A stretch of 57,053 nt of DNA, the filler included, from Sphacelaria rigidula (taxonomy: Eukaryota): assembly GCA_964200075.2 (NCBI GenBank). It is 7 parts of 7 records of this genome, joined end to end, with 100 filler letters (N's around TTAATTAATTAA, not from the genome) between each part and the next. Parts side by side here need not be neighbours in the genome. Positions count along the whole stretch, not along the records: positions 24,496 to 32,560 come from CAXNAA020012432.1; positions 32,661 to 40,725 come from CAXNAA020012433.1; 5 more parts are not named here. The stretch is one strand, 5' to 3'. Numbering within the stretch: the stretch's first letter is position 1; every line of letters starts with the position of its first letter. Both the position numbers and the translations under genes were made by a program. Under the pieces are notes generated by a model. The model saw only the letters and a list, made by a program, of their open reading frames with translations, had not been told where the DNA came from and did not search any database. Shown piece by piece: positions 25,321 to 38,216 of the stretch.

Positions 25321-28300
25321 ACGTCAAGTGCAAGTCCTTGCTCCGACTGCAGGACCACACTCCCATGACATGGACTTACTTCATTTTCAGAAGTCTGACC
25401 ATGTCTGACGACCTAATCACTTGGATGTAGAATACCTCCGTACCCTGCCTCCTCCGGCCAAATTTGGGCTCGTGGAAGCATATTGACTGTAGTGCCAGGA
25501 CTGAAGGATATGCCACTCCGCCAGCGGCACCGTGCTGTACCTGTACTGTTTAACCTGCGATGGGTATTACTTCTTGTAAGGACCGAATGCCGGACGTCTG
25601 CAAAAAAACAGCATGGACTCGATGCACACACCGAAGCGTTACTCTCTCGATTTGAAACATAACTACAATCTTCTTGCTTAAGAACACCCATCACATACGC
25701 TTTCTATATATACTGCCCCGGGGTGGTGAGAGTTCACGACTGGGGTCATTTTCAGGAGGGGTCGTGCGAGGTTAAATCTGATGTTGACGATGGGCCCGTG
25801 GGTCTATGGACTCGCCAGCCAGCGACCACCTATAAAAAATGCAGCAGAAAAAGCGAGAGATGGCGACCACGCACGAGAGGGGTGTGTTGGCCGTGTCCCG
25901 AACAACGCGGTGGGTGAAAGTCGTTTCCAGTGATGAGTGAAGAGACGCAGAGATTCGCGTCGACTTGGGTGGGTGTGGGGGAGTGTCCATGGGTATTCAT
26001 GAGGTGACCCACGAGTACTCGTGAGCCACGCGAAGAGGACACGCATCTTGGAAGTTGTGGAGTCTTGATTTGTGCGGTAGATCCTCCTCGACCATTCATG
26101 GCTTGAGGTTCTCATAACGAGATGTCAACACGGTGTTTAGTTACCCCCATTTGTATGTCTCGATGGAAGCTCAATTAATCACATTGATAGGGGGCAGAGA
26201 TCAAGCAAGTAGAGACCGAAATCCAGTAGATGCTTTTGTTTCATTTTCTTCGAGTTAGTGCAAAGCAGCGGGTGTCACCACGCTCCACAGCGTGCAGATA
26301 CGGTGTCGAGCGCAGCTCAAGATTTTCCCTGCAAACGTGGCGTGGTGCGAGCAATAAATCTACATGCATTCTTTTGGTCACTTGCCATTTTTCCTGAGGT
26401 TCTTCGCGTAGGTTTCTACCTCCTCCTATCTAATGCTTCAGTACCCACTCCTTGCAAATGCGCGTACAGCACACAAATGCCAAAGTAGCACTAACATGTA
26501 GCGGGGGAAACTAGGGGAAATTCGCCCACGCGACGCCTGAGCGACGCGGTTATGGCAGAATCTACCTCTCCCCCGTACCCACCTCCGCTGGCGTGGCTGG
26601 CAAAAGCGGAGTCGGGGGGCATAGCCATTTGCCACTATGTGCCGCACACAAACTGGGTGAACATGGATTCAACCGGCACATCCCGTGGAAAATAAATACG
26701 CTTGTTGTTGGTCCGTGGATGCTTTTGATTTCATGATCCCCAAGACACATCGCGCTGCTCTCATGTTGTACTGGAAAACTCATCTATCGCGGCTTGCCCT
26801 CACACAGATAGGCAATTGTAGGACTGTACTGTCTGTGCGGTGCTGTGCTGATCTACAGTACAGTGTAACCGATATGGGATATGAGCCGTGCTGACTGCAT
26901 GTCGTTTTGAGTGCGTAACTGAATGTTATGATATAAATCGCTCTCCACACTGACGGCCAGTCAGCAAAACGCGGCTTCGGTCGTTCTTGAGCCCCAGTCT
27001 TTGAAGGGCTGAGCTATACTCAAATATTGTAGCGCGTCAATTACTACCATAAACTTGCGACAGAAGAGAACAGGATCACTCCATGTTGAAAAGGCATTGA
27101 AAAACGCTGTGCGTGTACACCGGCGGTGATGTATGCAAAGACGGGTCATGTGCTTGTGGAACAACCGGCAGAAATTCCTGTTGAGGTATCCGGCGTGTGG
27201 GTCTGGGTTGCAGATTCTAAGTACAGCGAAGGATTGCGCCGGTTCTTGCCGCGTGATCGTAGTAGACTTGACTTGTTTTATGATGAAAGAAGACCAACCA
27301 CCCGTGCGACGAACTCAGCTCTTTTAAGCGGGAAAAAGGCAACAGGTTTTGATGAAGAAGACTTGACCGCATCGCGCTTGTTGCGATAATCGATATGATG
27401 TTTTAGTGTTGCTTTTGAAAAGAAGCACATTTACGTATACCAGTTTGTAACCTCTCTTTGAGATCCTGGTCAACGCATCCTTGTTTTATGCAGTTTTTCA
27501 TCCGAGATATGGGCTATTCAGCAATCGCACCCTGAACACAGGTTGAAGAATTTGCTCGAGGGAACAATGTGCAGCATCGTGTTTTCCAAACCGATTACAT
27601 CCGCCCAAAGTAGGGAGTGTAATGCAAGATGTTCATGGTGATGCAAAAAAAGACATCGATTTGGTCAATTTTTCGATCTTGAATAGACTACTGTAACTTC
27701 CTCGGATGTTGTCGGATCGACGAAGTAGAAATGACATGTTGTTCCTCGGAGTGAAGGCTTCAATCGTCATTGGAGGTGAGTTGAATCGCCGGTATAGTCC
27801 GTCATTTGGGCCAACCGTTGAGCCTAGGAAATCGTCCAGGATTTGAAAAGGCCACCACCTGGTGTACACGAATATGTTGTCAGTGAAAAGCTTAGCACCT
27901 TCATATCATCTACCGAAAACGCACCTTCCAGGCTAGCTCGTTGTTGCTTGCCAACAGTTCATGGTTGTAACTTCGAGCATGACCCAGTTCCTGATGTGCA
28001 AAATGAGAGTTTTGGGGCGCAACGACCGACTGAGGCTGAATCACGCTGATATCACATGCGGGACAATGTACAAGTAATCTACCCGAGACCACAAATGACG
28101 CCCTGAAATATGGAGATCGATATAAAAATACAATCATATTGAGTGAAAATCAGGAGCCGACCGAAGGTAGTCATTCTCGATTCTGTACCATATTATTTGT
28201 CACGTCTCAGCGGTACTGCCATGGCGGGGTAGTGCGTACCAAAGGACAAGCAAGAGAGCATAGAGTGGCTCTAGACCTTAGATCCTGGACACTGACCGCT

Positions 28301-28593
28301 CGGTATACAAGCAATGTCTACCGTTGGCAGCGTGTGTGGGAGCGAACATTTGCACAGCCGTTGATGAGTTTTGAAGAATGGACTACGTGAAGATGGATTT
28401 TCCCAGACCCCGTGAACGCGTGAAGAACAATGGTCTCAAACATTGATTTCGTCATATATGCTTCGAAAGTCCAACAGTCGAATTGATCGAAAATAAATTG
28501 CTGCAGACAAGCAACGGCAACCCGCTGCGTGATTGCCGTCAGCTACAACTCCGCGGCTACTATGTTGTCATTCTAGCACGTACGATTGTCCTG

Positions 28594-29579
28594 TCACCTA
28601 TACCAACATCTAGAAACATCGAAGCCAATGGACCTGTGTCGTGGGTTGGACAGCAACAGGCCCATGGACGTGCTCCTTGTTGGAGGAACATCACCATTAG
28701 ACCATTGAGTCAGTGCTGACTGAGTGGTCTGATTGCAAAGTCCCTTCAACAAGCACAACGTCCGGACATCATTTCTTGCCAACCCATTGAGACCACCCAT
28801 GTCACTTCTCACCCTCTTCATCCTTTCCGTTTCTTCTAGTCTGGCGCCGCCGTTTTGATTTAACTCCGGGAACGAAGCACAGGCATGGTGCCCTGCCGTG
28901 GTTCCTGTCCACGCCTCACGCTGCCCGCCGATTGGAATGGTCACCCGGGAAATATTATCTACAACTCCCCGTTGTCTCGAGGATAACAGTGCATCCTCCT
29001 CCTCGTTCACGTGCATCATGTCCCGCTGGTTGCTGCGATAGTCAGGATGGAAAAACTCCCGGGTTCGTTCATCGCTGATATCCTCAGGGTTGCCAAGACC
29101 TCTATCGTTATATCCTTGGCCATGTTCATGAAGCACCCGATTCAACCCTGTTTCTACCAGTTCTCTCTGCTGCTGTCCTACACTCGGGACGACTCGCCGA
29201 AAATCTGTTGTTGATGGGACGTCCTCCTGGTGAGGATATCTCCGGACAGTTCGCCGAGACGACAATCTTGGAGAAGGAGAATAAGGTTGCTGTTGTATCA
29301 TGGGCCGTCGGTGCTGTGATCTTCTACCACCACTTCGGCTCCTACAACGGCTCCATCCTTTTCCGGGCTCTGCCCAACCGTAGCCTGGAGAGTGGGACAT
29401 GCCCGGGTCACATATACTCCGTATTTTCCCGTCGAACATATCACATATGGGAGAGGAGTGCTTTGGTGATGTGTTCCTTCTAACATCCCACTCTGGGCGG
29501 GTGTAGGGCAAGGGACTGCGGGATCTACGTCGACGCGGGTTCAGCGCTCGGATGAAATCGGGCTGCGGCTGCGGCGGCT

Positions 29580-29625
<46 letters not shown>

Positions 29626-29925
29626 CAGCGAGCGCAGCGGCGATTGGGAACGCAATCTCCCCCCATTGCAACCGTGAAGTGGACAGCTCGGCCGATTTTC
29701 AGGACCGTATACATCTGACAGGGTAAAGCGCGCTTCCAAAATGGACAATCTATTTGGTGTCTTGGTGCCCCTGTAGCTCATGTGCTGCTGCTGATGATGC
29801 GGTTGAGGGTCCTCCTCGACAGCGATGAAAGATTTTTTGTAGTTGTTATCGCCGTTCCGCGGAAATTCACCTGGGAAACTCTGCATCCACCTTTCGTCTT
29901 GTACGACATTGTACCCTGGGGCCAT
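28594..29925 (-). CDS. Long ORF (443 aa), Pro/Arg/Ser-rich low-complexity protein; probably the first exon of a multi-exon gene
   Basis: ATG in ACCATGG context, 1.3 kb open frame with poly-Pro from (GGC)n at about 29565-29627 and RSRSP motifs. No recognisable domain; downstream exons unresolved. Confidence 0.5.
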
Positions 29926-30847
29926 GGTTAGGGTCTAGAGAAGCTCAGGGGTAAGGCTCCACTTGGACGCGGTGAGAGGTGACAGCATGAGAGATGGATC
30001 TTGGCCGATCGAGCAAAATAAGCGGGCGAATTGGTGACGGTTGGTGCTGAGACTGAAACTGCAGGCATGTTCGTCGCACCCATGTATCCGGCTGGCTGAC
30101 TCCAAAATCCTCTACTACTGACTGTTCTTCGTCCCGGAATTGAAAAATGTACGCGTACATACTGCACTCCGTGTCATATGAACGTCTATTTTTGTGTGCA
30201 GAATGTCACATCACATGAAAGCGTGTTGTAGTCCCAATGTGTCTTTTTAGGCTGACCAAACTTGTATACCTATACTCCAGTATCTAGATCGAGATGAGTA
30301 AACAGGGATCGTTTGTGCAGGACGGAGGACACAAATTGAACCAGCGTGCAGTGCGGTCCTGCCTGTGAAACGAAGGCCGCTGCCCCGAGCCGTGTCTTTT
30401 TTTTACATGCTGAACATAAGTTACGCGAACGATAGCGCATCGGAAACGGAGATCACTCAACGCCGCATGGCTTTGGCTTCCACAATACACGCAGAATCAG
30501 GATCAGTGTCACCACACACCACTACAGTTGGTCCCAGATTGGCTTACGAACCTAGAGCGCTACACCACAAGGAGCATACTCGAGTTGGGATAAGGAGGAG
30601 GTCCCACCATGGATTTCGCGTCGGGGAGTTTGGACCTAGAGCTGGTCAACTTCGCTCAGGTGTGTGAAGTAGCGCAAGCTCGCCCTTCAGAACGGACTAC
30701 TGGCACATCACACAGCCGGGGGGACTGTGTTGTACGTGTTCAAGCTGTGATGTCTTGTTCTCGTTGAGTACGAGGCTGTGCTTACAGGCTGGGCCAGCCT
30801 AGAAGCGGAGTTATAGTTTGCAGACAAATGCGCATTTTTTAAAACTA

Positions 30848-31070
30848 GAGTTGGACAGTGAAATTTGATGTGGACAATCAACATGGCATGAACAAAAGCT
30901 GTCTGTGGGGTCCCGATGTCTTTTTTTTCATGAGATGAGGGCATTTTACTGAAACCTCAAAACTCATTATTGCCCTTGACCGATGAAAAACAAAAACAAC
31001 TTCGAGACCCCACAGACAGATTTTCTTCCTGCCCTGTTGATTGTCCACACCAAATTTCACTGTCCACCTC
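30848..31070. mobile_element. Palindromic MITE (223 bp)
   Basis: GAGTTGGACAGTGAAATTTGATGTGGACAATCAACA ... TGTTGATTGTCCACACCAAATTTCACTGTCCACCTC, with inner arms CTGTCTGTGGGGTC/GACCCCACAGACAG. Confidence 0.85.
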
Positions 31071-31315
31071 GAAGGAAAAAATTGGGAATTCGCCTATGAA
31101 AAACCGGGCCGACCGAAATTCGGAACAGTATTTTGCAGGCCGTTTATCGGTCCACGTTTGGTGTTGTTTGTGTTTTGAAACCTTGTGCGGGACCTCGCTA
31201 GGTCGTGATGAACCAAAAAAAATGGATCAGGTTGATTTTGATCCATTTTTTCCGCTGATTTAGGGCGTTTGAGTATTGCAACGACCTTTTTTTCACGACA
31301 ACGTCCGAACCTCTT

Positions 31316-31348
<33 letters not shown>

Positions 31349-31541
31349 TCTCTCTTTTTTTCTCCCACCCACCCTTCTTCTCTCCACAAANNNNNNNNNN
31401 TCCCATCTCCTTTTTTCCCCTGATTTAGGGCGTTTGAGGATTCCCACGCCCTTTTTTTACCGACACCGCCCGACCCCCCCCCCCCCCCCCCCCCAGGAAA
31501 AATGAAGGCCCATTTTGTTTTACTCAGCATACCTCTGTCAT

Positions 31542-32002
31542 TCTCCATGCCAAGTTTTAAGTGACAGTTCTAAAAATTGAGCTGAAATTGAGATAAGGCC
31601 CAAAAGAAATATTGATTGCTCCCCTAAAATCCCCTGAAAACACGAAGAAATATGAAGAAATATGAAGAAAAACGAAAAAAAAATCAACAGCTGTGTTTTT
31701 ATTTCGTTATGCACTAGCGGTTCTCCATAACTAATTTCATAGCACAACTCTCGAAAAGTGAGACGCGACATCGAGATTCAGGGCATCTAGTCCCTCTGCT
31801 CGTAATATATTGGTTCTAGAATGGAAACTTATGTGCGCCATATCTCGAGATAGATTACGAACCAGGTGAAGGTGAGGGTACCTATCGTCTCCCCGTGCTC
31901 CAGGGAAGCTCCACACCAAAAATTGTGATCATCCGCTTCATGGATCGTTCGGGGTTTCATATAGATTTTAGTCTCGGCGCTATCTCCGTACGGTATAGGA
32001 AT
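31542..32002 (+). repeat. Dispersed repeat, copy 2 (copy 1 at about 7590-7995)
   Basis: Same collinear blocks as copy 1; similarity ends at GTACGGTATAGGAAT. Confidence 0.8.
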
Positions 32003-32378
32003 ACCATACGTGGGGTTTTATCAACGAAAACAATTTGGCCCAGATTTTTGAACGGATGAGCACCTTCTCCTTGATTATCTCTTAATACGATACGCGGATC
32101 ACGGCCCAACTCGTCTGTGTCGTTGAGATGTCGCTTTGAGAGCTTGAACCCGTTTTTAGGCTGGCCCAGCGCGTATCTGCTGCAGATTTCTGCAGTATAT
32201 CGTGAAAATACCGTACTCATCAGTTGAAGTCTCGGCTCGTGTCGGCCCAGACTCTTGGATTATGTATTCTTCAACACTTGTATCCCGTCTCGTCGTCACG
32301 TGTATCTTGGAATGCTGCACGACCCTGAATACTCGGAAATACGGAAGGCGACTGTGTGCGTGTATTGTTGCTTTCCAG

Positions 32379-32450
32379 GTGTCGACGACATCTCACAAAG
32401 GGACTCTTGGGCTGTTGCCACCCGGCAAGAAGAACAAGCAGAGGTTTGTG
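32379..32450 (+). pseudogene. BBS7: Orphan exon resembling the N-terminus of BBSome subunit BBS7
   Basis: TTTCCAG|...|GTAAGT exon of 72 nt encoding VSTTSHKGTLGLLPPGKKNKQRFV, similar to the remembered BBS7 N-terminus (LQVGVTSQKTMKLIP...QKVVIGD). A YLLQ segment upstream (about 32174-32185) lacks a GT donor. No further BBS7 exons seen. Confidence 0.55.
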
Positions 32451-33448
32451 GTAAGTTCATGTATAAGCTTAGAGCTTCACCTACTAGGAACAGCCAATCA
32501 TCTATGTTGAGGATGGTGCTATTGATTGAGGATGAGAACCCGGAGGATTAAAATCTTCGTNNNNNNNNNNNNNNNNNNNNNNNNNNNNNNNNNNNNNNNN
32601 NNNNTTAATTAATTAANNNNNNNNNNNNNNNNNNNNNNNNNNNNNNNNNNNNNNNNNNNNAAGTAATGTTCTTGATGCCGTCTGCACCAGCGGCGCAGTC
32701 CATTGCGCACTACGGTGTAATCGATAGTGCCCGCCAGATATCTGGCCCCTTATAGAATATGTTCTCCCATGCCCTTGTCCTTTTGATGTGATCTCAAGGT
32801 TTCTTCGAGGACGATGCTCCTGCATAAGGGGAATAAACACCCCAGGTGATGACCTAGTTGAGAGTCGATTCCTTTCATGTGGAGATGAAGCATTTGCACT
32901 AGGGCAACAGCCATACATGCTCTAGTCGGTACTGCACTCAAGACACGCGTAAATAGGCGTTTTCCCAGTGGCGCAGCCCATAGTATCCATAGGCCCCGAC
33001 GTGCCCGACCAAAGAGCTGCCCAAGAGTGTCAAGTGGTCACTTCTCGAGGTGGTAAGATGTGGGATACACGCTGTAAACTTCGTAAGACCCATCTTGTCT
33101 AGAAGCATGGTTGATACGACGGGTCACGTATGGGTACCGTTCGTTCGGCCGCTGTGCTGCTGAGCACGATTCCGCCAGAACCTCGAACCATGTCAAGCTG
33201 TTTTTGGCCGTGCCTTGCACAGGTGCAGTAGCCCTTCCAGTCAAGAATCTCTTGCTGGTGAGCACCACCTGCCCTCCCTGTCTACCGTTTCACCCATCTT
33301 GCATGTGCTCCTTATTTGATGTAAGTATCGGTCTCCATCGTGCAGGTTTAGTGGTGAGATATATTCCTTGTTTTCCTGCATCGTGCCCCATGCATATCCC
33401 CGCCTTTTGTGTTTGTGCCGAAAATCACGCTTTTATTGCTGAGTTCAG

Positions 33449-34451
33449 TGCGCTGGCCCGTCAATATTACCAACGTTCAACGTGGCTGGAGACGTGGTGT
33501 TTGTGGACAAGTTCTCGCCTAGGAAAGGAGAAGTGGAGCGGGGGGATGTGATTATCGCTAACACGCCTCAACATGCCAAGCACATGGTCTGTAAGCGCGT
33601 TATCGCCAAGGTGGGTCCGCGTACGCTGATGATTATGTTGCAAGGCGACTTTTGGGGCTATTCAGCGGTTGGTCACGAGGAGAATGTCGTGGGAAAACAG
33701 GGGAGGAGGGTTTTTGTGTGGTACTCGTAGAGCTATTTGTCAGATGCGCCAAAATCTTGGCTTGCGCCCTCGTTCAGTGGCTGCTAGAGCCTGGAGCGAT
33801 CGTTCAGCTCACTCATGCAGGGTCCAGCTGTTACTCAAGCCACGATACTTTGGCGTGCGTGAGTCTTCGTGAGAGAGTGGGTGCGTATACCGTGGTCGGT
33901 TGGTTAGTGTGAGAGAGGTGGGCGAGACTCCACCATGGGTCGGAGGACCAATTTTCAAGTATATTCGAAGTCAACTTGGCCGAAACGTGCTGTTTGCGAT
34001 CATCACAAGAGTCATGAATTTTCCAATACAAGTATGTGGGGCTGTACAAGGGAAAGAAGCGGCACTGGCTGCGTTCTGTGTGCTCATCGCGCGCGCTATG
34101 GCGTTTTCCCGGTGAAGAGAGCAGTCTCCAACGATGCAATACAGTTGGGGCTGACTCTATGGATACAGCATACTGAAGTGGTACAACTGATCATCTTCAC
34201 AATGATTGATAATGTGGTCGACCTTGCATCACCTGTTGATATGTACTGAGGATGACCATTATTTTCTCATCATCCCCGTGAAGAGGAAGGTGAAACGGTA
34301 CTCGTACATTCTGGATCATGCTTCGGCGGGCGTCTAGAGAGCGTGCCTCAGGGGCATGTGTGGTTAGAGGGCGATAACGCGTCCAACTCAACAGACTAGA
34401 ACCTACGGCCCCGTGCCGTTGGCGATGGTGAAAGGGAGGGTAGTTCTCAAG
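33449..34451 (+). pseudogene. IMP1: Mitochondrial inner membrane protease subunit 1 (peptidase S26), frameshifted
   Basis: Exon 33449-33610 reads CAGPSILPTFNVAGDVVFVDK...RGDVII...VCKRVIAK (Ser/Lys dyad). Last exon (about 34338-34451) reads VPQGHVWLEGDNASNSTD, then TAG at 34397-34399; RTYGPVPLAMVKGRVVLK continues in a shifted frame. Confidence 0.88.
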
Positions 34452-36114
34452 GTGAGACGACGAGATGGCAAAGGGTACTTCTCCGCTACGCACGGGTTCC
34501 CTTGGCGTGAAGAATCGTTGTCCGGACCGTTTCTGGAGGTTTGCTGTTGACGGGGTATACGTGCGTCGTCGTGTGTCACACGCCTCCGAGACATGACCGC
34601 ACGAATCGCGCCTCATTGGTTTGAGACCTTGCCTGCATTCGGTGCCACGGAGTCAGGTAAAGCTCGACGTCGCAGGGCTAGTCATGATCCATGTGCTTGC
34701 GATTCCAATGGGCTTGCGATGGGGTACTTGGAGCGAGGGCAGGGAGGTACCGGCACGCGACCGAACCGTGTTGCCCTACAACTCCGTGCACTCACCTCGG
34801 CTGCGGTGTCACACTGTGCTAGTCCCGTGTGGAATTGAGAATAGCCACAAGAAAACAGCATTGTTTCCTTAGGTTTTCATTGTACCGTACGAGCTGGTCT
34901 TGCGAGGAAGCATGAAAAAAACACAGCCAGAACGTTTTTCGAGATGTACAAGGAAAGCATGTGCAAAATACAGGAAGTACATATGCTTGATGCTGATGAC
35001 AAACCGAGTGAAAACCTACAGCCGCAGTTGGACTGCAAGTTGCTGGATCATCACCACCCAACGACCTGAACCATGGAAGCCGTTCCATACTGGTTGGTAC
35101 ACTAACGTGTCATGATTCAAAGTTCGACGCCTCTTTCCCTGCTGTTCCACACGTGCGTGTCCATGAAAATTACAGAGTGTACGGCTGTTCTTCGTTCCTC
35201 AAAGACAACAACGCTCACCTCGATAGATTCAGACATCTAACGGCAAGCCCACGGTACACAAGACGAAATTATTCACATCTTATTGTCATGGCTCCGTGAT
35301 TTGGGGCACCCACCTGCCCAATATTGCCAGAAGTGGAGGAAGCCGATCATTCTAATATTTAAGCTTGAAAGACGAGGCATCGTGGAGGACCTCCAAGAGA
35401 CTCGCATGACTGTACTAGACTGCTACTTGCCCTTGATTTGTTTTGGTGGGGTTTGCATCGTCCAGATAACACGCGGCAGGTCGCTGCAGGTCCCCAACCA
35501 GCTTCTGCTGGCCATACTGCCCTTGTATAATCATCACCTAGGATTTGAGATACCAGTCGAGGCTAGTAGTAGTGTGACTGGCGTGTTGGGATTTATACTC
35601 ACCGCAACCTCTCCGTTGACTCTAGCTAGGCTGCGCTATTCCAATCGTACAAACGCAGGGAGAATCGCAACCATCTCGAGGGTAGTGCATCGACATAATG
35701 TTGATATCCAGAGAAAAAGTTCAATTAAATAGACCGTGCCCCAGCTGCAGCAGTGCCCATCATGGCTTGACCACACCCACGGAAGCATACGCCGTCATAC
35801 GCGCATCACCCGCATTACATCTGGTTAATTGGAGGGAACATCTGCGCTTTAGATTTTGAAAGTGGCGCGCGGAGAATATGCAATTGAAGATCTGCTGAAC
35901 GTACTGCTCTCTAAGCGCCGGATCGACTTTTTTGTCGTCAATATAGCAGAAGGAAGGTGGGGTACTAAAAACAAATGAAAAATAAAAAGCTCCTGTGTTG
36001 ATCTTCCTCCTGTGTGACCCCGGCTGATGCGCCCACATATCCCCAAAGGGGTAGGCTGTCACCCGGAATAAATGGGACGACAAGACACACACACACATAC
36101 ACAAAATACCAGCA

Positions 36115-36484
36115 GACTTTACCACTCCGTAGTTGACAGATAGTTCTCGGAAATTTTCGGTTTGTGGACAGGTGCAATATTAGATTTTTGTATAAACACC
36201 GAAATCCGGATCTTTGGAGGGCGCTATGCTCCTGGCGTGCTCCTAGCGTGCGCAGAATGCGTTTTTGTCTAATTCGGCGCCCGGGGCGCCGATTTGAGGT
36301 CTGGCAACGCACGCTTCGCCAAGGGAATACGTTGCACTCCCCATGCCCGAGTTTTCTCGGTATGTCTTCGGTGGGGTTGGGATTAGGGTTAGGGTTGGGG
36401 TCAGTGTTATATTCGAAATGCATGAGCACCTGCACAAACCATACACTTCTGAGAAATTTCTGTCAACTACCGAGTGGTAAAGTC
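36115..36484. mobile_element. MITE (370 bp) with internal telomere-like repeats
   Basis: TIRs GACTTTACCACTCCGTAGTTGACAGA / TCTGTCAACTACCGAGTGGTAAAGTC; internal GGGGTTGGGATTAGGGTTAGGGTTGGGG at about 36373-36400. Confidence 0.82.
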
Positions 36485-38076
36485 ACCTCCAATATACCCC
36501 TTTCTTCGCGTTCCCGTGTGTTCGACCTCCCTTGTCCGCTCTTGATCTCCAGGCATGGCCTCTCACACAAGTCGGCACAGTATCGCGTCATGTTCCCGGG
36601 GATGTGTCACAGGTGGTGGATGGGATCAGCGGTAACGGCGGCTAGGACGAGGAGAACGATATCAAATCCGTGGTCTCAAAGGGGAACGCGACCATGATCC
36701 GCTCGTCGGCGTTGGTTGAACGGGAGTTTCGTGTTACTGTACTAATTGTGTACAACATGTCGTGCGGACCTCGTAGGCGACAGACGGTCGGCGCCCACGG
36801 TGGCCCCTCTTTCAGGCAAATCCGTTATTGCCGTGGAACGCTGCGGCGTCCTTACCGCCCGAGTACCGTGGGAGGACGTTGTGGAGGGAATATATTACAA
36901 TAGCCAATATCCACGTGTCGGAGGTGTAGGGCACTCTGTATCTAGAGCGTAGCCACCGATAGCATGGATGCAGTACAGTGGATGGTATTCTCAAGAAGTC
37001 TACATGGAAGCAATGTGCTTGCCATCATCGACGGTTTGTGATTGCTGTCTGTACCGTTTTTATAATGTTTTCGCCATGGTATGGCTGCTGAAATGTCCCC
37101 TTTTGAAGACCGTACAGGATGTCCGGAACCATAGCCGGCCGTTTCGTGCACTCAGGCGAAGTCAGCCTCTATGGAGATCATCGTGCACGACCTCGACAAG
37201 CACGGTATTATATAAAGCTACTGTTCGAAAGCAATTTTTAAATATGCAGCCAGGGAATATGTCATAGACGCGAACTAACAGGGATTGAAAGCTGGAGCAC
37301 AGGTATGCAGTGTTGATGTATGATGTGACATTTTATTTTCGGCTACCCTCCGTGACATCATGCAGACTCGGAGTTCTTTCTCACAGAAATGGAGAAACGA
37401 CAGGTTTTCGATTGACGAGTTGAGAAGATCGGCGACGAATCACGTCTCATCTCAACGTGTTATGACATGTCATACCATCCCAAGTGCCCAACATCACCCC
37501 TGATACTCCCAAGAACCGCAAGCCCGCACAAATACTGCGGAAGAGTCGTGGCGTGCGCCGTTGGGGGGCTATGCGTGAGTGGAACGGGGTGAAGAAACAG
37601 TGCTGCTTTCGGGGGTACATGGATCTCAACTCGGACGCGGAAGCTTGCATGGCCTTGGATGAGGCAGTCGTGCGAGCTTCCCATCTAGAATACAGGAGAA
37701 CGGGAAGGGTACACGATAACAATGCAAGAACTAGAAAGAAGCCGATAAATAATCACAGCGTTTTCCGCATCGTTTACAACAGAAATTGGATACTCAGTAC
37801 ATGATAAAGAGGCCCCATGGCCAGCCGTTCTCACGCCTTCTTATAAACGCCATCTATTGCTACAGCAGGGCTACAGTCACATTGTCCAAGTGGAGAAATC
37901 ACCGTAGTCATCAAGATATATGGTATGCGGTACACAGTGTCAAATGATGCTGCTTTACCGTGAAAAAACTGGACAACAGCGGGATCTCTGCGGTAGTAGT
38001 GGGGTCGTAGGTGTCCGGTATACCTGCTCCAGTGGCCACAGAGTAATATACGCGGTCTCCGTGGAACACCAGTTAA

Positions 38077-38216
38077 CCCTTTTGGAACCTATTATTGACG
38101 ATTTTTGTTTTTGTGAATCGGCATCGTGTTCAGTCATTGGCATCGTGTTCAGTCATTTTCAAGTCAAAATGATGCCGATTCACAAAAACAAAAATCGTCA
38201 GTGGGTTCCAAAAGGG
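38077..38216. mobile_element. piggyBac-type MITE (140 bp) with TTAA target site duplication
   Basis: TTAA|CCCTTTTGGAACC...GGTTCCAAAAGGG|TTAA; long inverted arms and an internal 19-bp tandem duplication. Confidence 0.9.

Noticed and set aside
27633..27869. QILDDFLG resembling an RT YxDD motif
   Set aside because: No other reverse transcriptase motifs in the neighbourhood; probably chance.
31235..31500. Duplicated CTGATTTAGGGCGTTTGAG-poly-C block
   Set aside because: Same pattern of duplication across a short N-gap at homopolymers; likely assembly artefact.
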